Positions 1 to 10,054 of a stretch of 64,000 bases of DNA are shown one piece after another. Each line of letters begins with the position of its first letter. The first letter of the stretch is position 1. The stretch is from Carcharhinus amblyrhynchos. Its lineage: Eukaryota. The DNA lies in the NCBI GenBank assembly GCA_965287045.1, contig OZ336872.1, forward strand, positions 137,268,001-137,332,000, given 5' to 3'. Below the pieces are notes generated by a model. The model ran no database searches. It was given only the letters and a program-made list of their open reading frames with translations, and was not told where the DNA came from. The translations under genes were made by a program, and so were the position numbers.

Positions 1-275
1 TGAGGGATCGGCCATTTTGGACTGAGATGAGGAGACATTTCTTCACTCAAAGGGGTTGTGAGTCTTTGCAACTCTCTGCTGCAAAGAATTGTGGATGCTC
101 AGCCATTGGATATATTCAAGACTGAGAGTAAAGGATTTTTGGGCACTGAGGAAATGAAGGGATACGAGGGGGGGGGAAGTGCCAAAGAGCTGAGCTCGGA
201 AATTAGCTCCAATCCGATGAATGTTGGTGGTTCAGGTTTGAGATGTTGCATGTTTGACTCCATCTCCTATTTCTA
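1..275 (+). mobile_element. CR1 LINE 3' fragment
   Basis: ...actgagatgaggagacatttcttcactcaaaggggttgtgagtc... resembles the CR1 C-terminal FFTQRVV region seen in other copies in the window. Confidence 0.7.
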
Positions 276-412
276 ACATTTTTTGGAGAGATTGAGCCTC
301 GGAATGCCGAATCTGTTTGGAGATAATCTAACCACCACCCCTTGACATTCAATGGCATTACCGAGACTGAATCCCCCACTATTGGCATCCTGGAGGTTAC
401 CATTAACCAGAA

Positions 413-745
413 TGGGCGGCACCGTAGCACAGTGGTTAGCGCTGCTGCTTCCCAGCTCCGGGGTCCTGGGTTCGATTCCCGGCTCGGGTGACTGTCTGTG
501 TGGAGTTTGCACATTCTCCTCGTGTCTGTGTGGGTTTCCTCCGGGTACTCCGGTTTCCTCCCACAGTCCAAAGATGTGCAGGTTAGGCTGATTGGCCATG
601 TTAAAATTGCCCCTTAGTGTACGAGGATGTTTAGGTTAGAGGGATTAGTGGGTGGGATATGGGGGTAGATCCTGGGTGGAACTGGGGTCGGTGCAGACTC
701 AATGGGCTGAAGGGTCTCTTTCTGCACTGTAGGGTTTTATGATTC
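413..745 (+). mobile_element. tRNA-derived V-SINE (HE1-like), tail type A, inserted into an older LINE fragment (~325-1300)
   Basis: A/B boxes (gcacagtggttagc, gggttcgattcccgg), core tgtggagtttgcacattctcc...ggtttcctcccacagtccaaaga, tail ctgcactgtaggg..tatgattc. Confidence 0.85.
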
Positions 746-1860
746 AGAAACGAACGGGACTCACCACATTCATATTGTGGCTACAAAAACAGCTCATTGT
801 TGGGAATTGTTCAGACTGTAACTCATCTCGTCCAAAGCCTGTCCGCTATCTACAAGGCTAAATTGTGGAGTGTGGTGTCCCACTCCCCTCTTGCCTGGAT
901 GTAGCTCCCACAATATTCGAAGCTTGATACCATCCAGGACAAAGCAGCTCGCTTCCTGGTTATCCCATCCACAAACACTCCGTCCCTCCACCACTGATAT
1001 ACACTGGCTGTACTTTGCTCTGTAGCAACGACTGGAACAGCGCCTTTCAAATGTACGACCTCCAACATCCTGAGGGAAAAGGATAGCAGATGTAAGGGAA
1101 CATCTCCACCTGTAACCCCCCTCCAACTCACCCGCTTTCCTGTTGGAAAACCCTGGAACTCATTCCCTAACAGCACTGTGGGTGTACCTACACCACATGG
1201 ACTGCAGAAATTTAAGAAGGCAGCTCACCGGCAGCAGCTGAGGGGCAGTTAGGGAGGGGCAGTATATACCAGCCATTGATGCCCAAGCTGAATAAATGAA
1301 AGGTCTCATCATGTGGCCTCCTGCCTCAAACCAGCCCGACCCCCAGCAGCTGCCATCTTAGGCTTGCCAACCCTCACAATGCCCCCAACCTCCGAGACCA
1401 ATTACTGAGCACAGTTTAAGCATAATCAGAGACTGTTTACCATCCAACCCCTAACCTCCTATCCCGTATTCCATTGCACACCCAATGAGATTCATCCTCT
1501 TCATCTTTTGAGCTTTAACACTAGGCACTGGCGCACTGTAGACAGTGTGGAGGAGCTGGGTTCCCATCCTGCTCACCCATCACACTGTCTCCACTGCCAA
1601 TGCTGTACCCCGCGACCTCTCACACCCCCCCCACCCCCACAATCATCCCTCCCGCACACTCCGACCTTGGTCACCTGGTGCAGCCAATCTCTGCCTTCCC
1701 ACAGCTGACTCAGTCACACTTAGACTGATTTTCACAGTCACAAATAATCTATTCAGAGTCTCGTTCATAGCACAGCAGTAGGCCTTTTGGCCCGTCAAGT
1801 CTGTGCCAGCCCTCTGCGATGCAATCCATTCCCTGTGGCCCTGTAAATATATTTTCCTGA

Positions 1861-2097
1861 TGTGGAGATGCCGGTGTTGGACTGGGGCAAGCTCAGTAAG
1901 AAGTCTCACAACACCAGATTAAAGTCCGACAGGTTAATTTGATAGCACAAGCCGCTGGCTTTCAGAGCACGGCCTCTTCAGCAGGTGAGTGGGAGCTCTG
2001 TTCTATCTGTGTTTGTGAACAGAACTCCCACAACGCTTGTGGCTTGCGTTACCAGATCAACCTGTTGGGCTTTACCTGGTGTTGTGAGACTTCTCGC
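1861..2097. mobile_element. Penelope-like element remnant in inverted (fold-back) arrangement
   Basis: agaagtctcacaacaccag... at ~1899 mirrored by ...ctggtgttgtgagacttct at ~2094; related copy at 36190-36290. Confidence 0.6.
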
Positions 2098-2954
2098 TGA
2101 ATTATTTCCCTCCATTCAATCTTTCTTTTAAACTCACCAGTCACATCTGCTTCGCCCAGCCTCAGAGGCTGTAAGTCGCAGACTGTTAGCCCCACGCTGG
2201 ATAAGAATGGTCTTCCTCTCATTCTACTGATCAGAGTGTCAAATCTGTGTCCATGTTGCTCTCGAACCGTCAGCTGATGGGAACAGCTTTACTTTCTGCT
2301 CTGCTGTACCTAACCCTGATATAATTTTGCTCCCTACATCTGATTTTTAAGGAACAAAAGTGTTCACAAGAGGGCTGGCCTGTAGCCTGATGGGGGTAAA
2401 GGGGCTTTTCCTGTCATTTGACCAGAGCCTCTGACTGTCCAGTGACCCACACCATTCCACCCCTCCAATTCCTCTCCAACCAACATGACCCGAGCTGGAT
2501 AAATCTGCTGTGTCGAATTCCAGAGATTTGAGTTGAAACAATCTCCCTCCCACCAAGCACAGGAAATGTGAAGTGCACTTGTGTGGGAGTGTCAGTGTAC
2601 AGAGTGAGAGAGATATTTATGTCCATAATAATTCCACCCCCCCCCACAGTAACCTCCCCCTAATTAGTACGTGTCACAAAACAAAGTCATTAACGGTGCT
2701 TAAAGGGAAAGTGTCTCTTCCAAAAATGTTGAGATGTTCCGGACCTGATGCCTCCCGTTGAGGGAACCACAACCTGAATTTGTGTGGTATCTGTAACATA
2801 ATCTAATGTGCATTACCAAGCAAAACCCAACAGCAAGCCACATAGAACCATAGATTACAGCACAGAAGGAGGCCATTCAGCCCACCTTGTCCAGGCCAGC
2901 CCAAGGACACCAGGTGCCCTTTCTAATCCCACCTTCTTGCATCTGGCAGGTAGA

Positions 2955-3190
2955 AGTTCCTCCTCAACTCAGTCTTAAATCTGCTCCCCCTTGTTTTGAG
3001 ACCATGCCCCCCTAGTTCTAGTTTCACCCGCCAGTGGAAACAACTTCCCTGCTTCTATCTTATCTATTCCCTTCATAATCTTATATGTTTCTATAAGATC
3101 TCTCTTCATTTTCCTAAATTCCAATGAGTATCGTCTCAGTCTCCTCTCATAAGCCAACCCTCTCAACTCCAGAATCAACCTGGTGAGTCT
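2955..3190 (-). mobile_element. CR1 LINE fragment
   Basis: ORF 2975-3178 GLAYERRL..YSLEFRKMKRDLIETYKIMKG, CR1 ORF2 C-terminus. Confidence 0.8.
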
Positions 3191-4014
3191 AATTTGGTCT
3201 ACACTTTTATCAATAGCTTTTAAAATTTATATACCCTGATCAAATCCCCTCACATCCTTTTAAACTCCAGCGAGTGCAAGCCCAAAGTTGGAATATCAAG
3301 CTATACAGCACACCCAGAGGTTTTTTTTTATACTTGACGTCAGTGGTAATATTTGGCAGGTGAAATTGGGTGAACTCCCCTCCCTGCCCCCAGCCCGGCC
3401 TCCCAAATTTCCCCCAGTCCAGGACTTTCTCTGGGACAAGATGGAGCCCTCACTGCTCCCACACAACTTCCTGATCTTCACTGAGTATCTTTCACTGAGC
3501 TTTGTCCTGCTTGCGTGATGGGTTGTCCGGGATAAGGGAGTTCTAATTGTCAAATGCTGCACTAAATCCACTAGACAGGAGTTAATCGAGTTTTTTTTGG
3601 CTTGGTTTCCGCTCATCGTGTCTGTTGTATTTCTCTTTATTCTTTAAAGCTTGTCAAAAAATATTATCCTGTTTGTTTTAAAAAAAAAAGCAAAAGCTGT
3701 TTCACTCGACTGAAGCCCTGAGTCAGACTGAACCGAAGGTGGTCACACAGGCCGAGCAACATCTGGAACAGAACCGTCTCCAGCGGGGAATTCCAAAAGT
3801 TCAAACATCAAATTCATTGACTGAGCTCTTACTTGTGAGAGGGGGAGTAGTTTAAAAAAAAAACCTTCATCTCCAGAGTGGTGAGGGGCCATCCTTTGGA
3901 GTTAGAACATAAGTGCAGGAGGGAGAGGGGGACCGTGCACACCTCCTCCTACAGGCCGACTGTGGAATGGCACCAGCAGCCACTGGGAAAGGACACCTCT
4001 CCTTGGCTGCAGCA

Positions 4015-4495
4015 TGTTACTAAACTAGAAATAGTGCAGAAAAGATTTACTAGGATGCTACTGGGACTTGATGGTTTGGGTTATAAGGATAGGCCCTGGA
4101 GTGTAAGTGGCTTAGGGATGATCTTATAGAGGTTTATAAAAAGAAAATAGAGGGGCACAGATCAGCTAGCGAGTCAATATCTTTTCCCAAAGGTAGGGGA
4201 GTCTCAAACTAGAGGGCACAGGTTTAAAGTGAGATGGGAGAGATACAAAAGTGTCCAAAGGGGCAATTGGTCACAGGGTGGTGAGTGTCTGGAACAATCT
4301 GCCAGAGGTAGTAGTAGAGGCGGGTACAATTTTATCTTTTAAAAAGCATTTAGGCAGTTACATGGGTACGTTGGGTGTTGAGGGACATGGGCCAAATGCA
4401 GGCAATTGGGATTAGTTCAGTGGTTTAAAAAAAAGGGTGGCATGGACAAGTTGGGCCGAAGGGCCTGTTTTCGTGCTGTAAACCTCTGACTCTGA
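4015..4495 (+). mobile_element. CR1 LINE 3' fragment (same family as 14570-17060)
   Basis: [19 protein letters not shown]; tail gggccgaagggcctgtttt..gctgtaaacctctgactctga. Confidence 0.85.
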
Positions 4496-5183
4496 GGTCC
4501 CAGGGATCGAGCGAGGCCACCAAAGCTTGGAAACTGGGATTTCTGGCAGAATCCACCTCAAGGCAACCCAAACAGGAGGCTCTCTTCACCTTGGCTGGCA
4601 AGATTCGCATTTGTTGCCCATCATTAATTGCCCCTCCAGAAAGTGGTGGTGAATGTAACAGAGTGCCTCGTTCAGCTATTTCACATGGGCTGTTGAGAGT
4701 CATCCACATTGTTGTGGGTTTGGAGTCAGGTGTAGGCCAGACCAGATAAGGACGGCAGATTTCCTTCCTGAAAGGACATGAGGGAACCAGATAGGTTTTT
4801 ACAACACTCATACCAAGGAGAAGCATGAGGGAGCCGTTCAGTCCTTTGAGCCTGCTCTGCCGTTCATTTTGATCATCAGAGATGGTCTCACGGTCACCGT
4901 TAATCAGACTAGCTTTATTTTCCAAATTTTCTGAATTAAAAATTCCCCTGAAGCTATGGTGAGATTAGAACTCATGTCTCTTGTTTAATAATCCAGGTTA
5001 TGATTACTGATTCAGTAACAAAAACACAATGTGACTACCCTCCAATTCAGTTTGGTTCGGGGTTCTCGAACCTTGGTGTTTCCTGTCTCTTTCTCCTCCT
5101 TTTCTGAAATCGTTCCTGTTTTCTCTTTTTTCCCTCTCTCTCTCTCGCTCTGTTTTCCCACTCTCTCTCCACAATGTCTTCAG

Positions 5184-5270
5184 GAGTACATAAGGCGACA
5201 GTTAGAGGAAGAACAGAGACAGTTAGAGATCTTGCAACAACAGCTGCTGCAGGAACAGGCCCTCCTACTG
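5184..5270 (+). CDS. TNIK: TNIK-like exon, 87 nt, phase 0-0: [29 protein letters not shown]
   Basis: Long pyrimidine tract, cttcag|GAG...CTG|gtaatc; 29 codons nearly identical to the TNIK/MAP4K4 coiled-coil cassette. Confidence 0.95.
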
Positions 5271-8200
5271 GTAATCACCAATATTATTCAAAGTGGAGCT
5301 CACCCAGAACCCTGTCCCACATCCCCACCTCCACCCTCCCGCCTGCTTCATGTTGTTCCTTTGTTGTACAGTTTGTGCTTTTTGATATTTGTCTGACAGC
5401 AGTTGGACAGCAATCACCACATACTTAAATCTCACTCGCTCCTCGGAGGAGCTTTGTAAAGGAGCGGGAAGACAAATTGATGTTTATTCTACTGGATCAC
5501 ATCCTTTCATTGTGTTGACTCTGAATTGATTTAATGCATTTAGAATTTCTGGTTAAAAGTGGCTTACGCCAGGTGATTGAATGTGACTTCTGTCTCCTCC
5601 TGTTTTTGTCCCCTCTCTCTCTCTCTCGTCCTCCTTTTGCATCTAACCCCGTACCTGTCCTGGGAGTGTTTGATGGGGACAATGCAGAGGGAGCTTTACT
5701 CTGTATATAACCCCGTGCTGTACCTGTCCTGGGAGTGTTTGATGGGGACAATGCAGAGGGAGCTTTACTCTGTATCTAATCCTGCACTGTACCTGTCCTG
5801 GGAGTGTTTGATGGGGACAGTGTAGAGGGAGCTTTACTCTGTATCTAACCCCATGCTGTCCCTGTCCTGGGAGTGTTTGATGGGGGGACAGTGTAGAGGG
5901 AGCTTTACTCTGTATCTAACCCCGTGCTGTACCTGTCCTGGGAGTGTTTGATGGGAGACAGTGCAGAGGGAGCTTTACTCTGTATCTAACCCCGTGCTGT
6001 ACCTGTCCTGGGAGTGTTTGATGGGGACAGCGTAGAGGGAGCTTTACTCTGTATCTAACCCTGTGCTGTACCTGTCCTGGGAGTGTTTGATGGGGGACAG
6101 TGTAGAGGGAGCTTTACTCTGTATCTAACCCTGTGCTGTACCTGTCCTGGGAGTGTTTGATGGCGGGACAGTGTAGAGGGAGCTTTACTCTGTATCTAAC
6201 CCTGTGCTGTACCTGTCCTGGGAGTGTTTGATGGGGGGACAGTGTAGAGGGAGCTTTACTCTGTATCTAACCCTGTGCTGTACCTGTCCTGGGAGTGTTT
6301 GATGGGGGACAGTGTAGAGGGAGCTTTACTCTGTATCTAACCCTGTGCTGTACCTGTCCTGGGAGTGTTTGATGGGGGACAGTGTAGAGGGAGCTTTACT
6401 CTGTATCTAACCCTGTGCTGTACCTGTCCTGGGAGTGTTTGATGGCGGGACAGTGTAGAGGGAGCTTTACTCTGTATCTAACCCTGTGCTGTACCTGTCC
6501 TGGGAGTGTTTGATGGGGGGACAGTGTAGAGGGAGCTTTACTCTGTATCTAACCCCATGCTGTACCTGTCCTGGGAGTGTTTGATGGGGACAGTGTAGAG
6601 GGAGCTTTACTCTGTATCTAATCCTGCACTGTACCTGTCCTGGGAGTGTTTGACAGGGGACAGAATGTAGCTGCTGGACGTTACTTCAGATTTGTTTTTA
6701 TTGCCTATGCCAACAGAAGATGATACTGATCTGTGCTACAATATCAAAATGATAGGGAGGATTGAGACAAAAGAACCAATAAGCAATATTGTGGGAAGGT
6801 TATCAAGCAATGAGCATCGTCCTGGGTGATATTTCTGTATTTAAAAGACTGTTCAGTTGCCTTTAATTCCATCAAAGATCAAACACACTCATTCCGAATC
6901 TTGGAGTGAGTCAGATGGAGGTTTATTGCCTGACCTCCTCCTGACCCCATTAAGCCTTGTCCATCTCCTCATTGGCCTTTGAAACTCTGCCATATATCAT
7001 CTCCATCGATACGCATCCTGAGCCTGTATCCTGGTCCGTGTCCCTGTCGATGTATATTGAATATCCGTCTCTCAGCCTCCAGTGTACGGAACTTAAAATC
7101 CCTACCCCCATTTACAACAGCCGTTTCCAAACCCACAACCACCGAGAAGGACAAAAGCAACGACACACGGCAACATCATCCAAATTTCCCTCCAAGTCAT
7201 TCACCAATCTAACCTGGAAATGTATTCCTTCACTGTCACTGGGTCAAAATCCTAGCACGCCCTCCCTAACAGCATCACGGGTGTACCTACACCACGTGGA
7301 CTGCAGCAGTTCGAGAAGGCAACTCACCGCCGCCTCTGGAGCAATTCAGGATGGGCAATAAATGTTGGTCTTGCCAATGATGCCCACATCCGGCGGCGCG
7401 GGCTCGTTGGGCCGAAGGGCCTGTTTCCCGTGCTGGGTTGTTCTTTGTTCTTTGTTCATCCCAAGAACGAATGGACAGAAAAAACCCTACAGCTATCTTT
7501 ACTCCTAAGTTTGTAACCTGCTTGAATAATGTACCACGGCCTATCCTCAAATACGGAAACTCCAGCTTCATCCGGTTTTGCCATCTTCAACCAATTGTTG
7601 ACCGTGGAACCATCTTGTCCCTCAATGTCTGAACTCTTCCTCAAGCTTATTCCCCATCTTTACATCTTCTCAGCCCTCCTGTAAAGCATCCTCTTTAACC
7701 ATGTCAGACTGAACCTTTTGTGGCCATTTCTGCCTCTGAGATGATCTTGGGTTTGTACGCTGTCTTGGCGAGTGAAGACTAGAACTTTGTTCCTGGACCT
7801 CTGGGCTGTCCTGTACCCGAAAACTCAACGTCCACGGGATGGGAAGTCAAGAAAACCTTCTCAACATATTGGATTAACCCTTCTATCCAATGGAAGTAGA
7901 TGGTCAAGGCTGCATCATTGATGTGATGGTCCAATGAATCCCTTCAGTGCTTACCCATGTCTTCCAATACACTGAAACCCTCCCGCTATCTACAATCAGT
8001 GAGCTGCTGCCATTTGTTTGGGTTAAGTGGGGTTTTTTTATGCCTTAGATCATTCAAATTAACAAAACTCCTGTCAAATTTGAATCAACTTTGTAAAATG
8101 TCAGTTTTGAAAGAGAGAAATTGCAATTTAATTCAGGCTGAAGTGACTGCCCCAAACCTGGTTGGACCTGTCGCTGTCAGTGGTGATGAGATTGTCGTTT

Positions 8201-8948
8201 GATCTTTGCCCAGATTATTGTGGATGAGATTCTCGCGCCTTGAGGAGATTGGAAGGTTTATTTGTCTCTGTCATTTGTAACATAGTGCCTCCCCCCTTGC
8301 CAGTAATGACCGTGGCGAAGGTTTAATGCTCTCTCTTGTGTTTGGTTTCCATCTGAAAGGAATACAAACGGAAGCAGCTGGAGGAACAGCGACAGGCAGA
8401 GCGACTACAGTGGCAGTTACAGCAGGAACGCGCTTACCTAGTCTCCCTCCAGCAGCAGCAACAGCTGGAGCCGAGGGCTGGTGAGAAGAAGGCACTTTAC
8501 CACTACAAAGACAGCTTAAACCCGACTGACAAGCCAGCCTGGGCTAAAGAGGTAGGCAGCCTGATGGACATGATCGAGCTGGGTTTGTCCTCACTCCACG
8601 AGTGTGGACTGGGAATTGGAATTGATTGCGTCGTCAATCTGGGCCATTCGGCCCCTTTCATTCCCCTTGGCCGATGAGGTCTTGGGGGAGGGGGCGAGAA
8701 CTCACCCAGTGATGGTAAAGCCACAATCAAATACCACGTGCTTCCCGGAACCCGGGGGCACCCTGTTACATTGCAGTAAAGAACCCCCAATTTTATTTGG
8801 TGAACTGAGTCAGGAATGACGGCGTTTCCTGACATTCTCAGAACTTGGAAGGTTTTTATTCAAATTGGTTCCTTTGTATTCAAAATCTTCCCATTATTCT
8901 ATATGTACCCACTCATCTCCCTCTCCTGCCTTCACCCTCCTGCCCCCA

Positions 8949-8987
<39 letters not shown>

Positions 8988-9828
8988 CCCCCCCCTTCTC
9001 CCTTCATTTCTCTTCCCTTCCACTCCCTTCCCTCTCCCTCTTTCCCCTTCCCCCTTTTCTCCTACCTTCCCCCTCCCTCTCTCCTCTTCTCCATACACAT
9101 CCACACCTCTGCACCCTCCTCCCCCTCCAAGTTTCCCTTCCCCCTTCCTCCGTCTCTCTCCCTCTTTCTCTCCCCTCCTCCCTCTATTTCTCACCCTCCC
9201 TCTCTCCTCTCTCTCTCTCCTCCCCCCCCGCCTCCCTCTCCATCTACCAGAACCACCCTAGTGACTGGGCTGAGCTCTCTCTCCCTCGTGCTCTCAGTTT
9301 GAGCTTGTGTTTACTTGCTGTCTGTAGCTCTATGAATGAAACTTCCTGAGCCAATGTGGAGAGTTTATTTAGCGTAACTCAGACGTTCAAACTCTCCTGA
9401 GCACTTTAGCTTTCGAATTGACCCAAAATGCAGCATCTGATCATCAACCAGCCATCTCCAGTGGATTGATGAGCTAGCCGTGTGTTTCATTGGCCCGTGT
9501 GGAGCTTCAGGAAAAGATGGAAGGTGAGAAAAGAAAGTAAAAGTCCTAAATGTGTTTTGACCAGAGATGCAAAGGTGTCTTTGCACTCATTGTCCCTTCA
9601 CTAGGAGGACAGTGTCAATTCTAATTGGATACGTTCCAGAAGGTTTCATCTCATGACCTTCAACTGTTTCGTACAGTCCCCACACATCTCTCACCACACT
9701 CGCCCACACACACACACACACACCCTCACATACCCCTCACCCGCCACTCACACACCCACACATACCCCTCACCTGCCACACACACACACACCCCTCACAC
9801 TCCCTCACCCCCCTCACACTCCCCCTCC

Positions 9829-9893
<65 letters not shown>

Positions 9894-10008
9894 GCCCACA
9901 CACACACACCCACACATACCCCTCACCCGCCACTCACACACCCACACATATCCCTCACCTGCCACACACACACACCCCCCTCACCCCCCTCACACTCCCC
10001 CTCCCCCC

Positions 10009-10054
<46 letters not shown>

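Noticed and set aside
413-490. tRNA genes
   Set aside because: A/B boxes belong to SINE heads and continue into SINE bodies; no complete cloverleaf seen
5641-6662. CRISPR-like array
   Set aside because: Units are directly tandem with no unique spacers, there are no cas genes, and the context is a vertebrate intron
8816-9349. Hydrophobic or Pro/Ser ORFs here and at 52309-52899
   Set aside because: Pyrimidine low-complexity sequence lacks stop codons by composition
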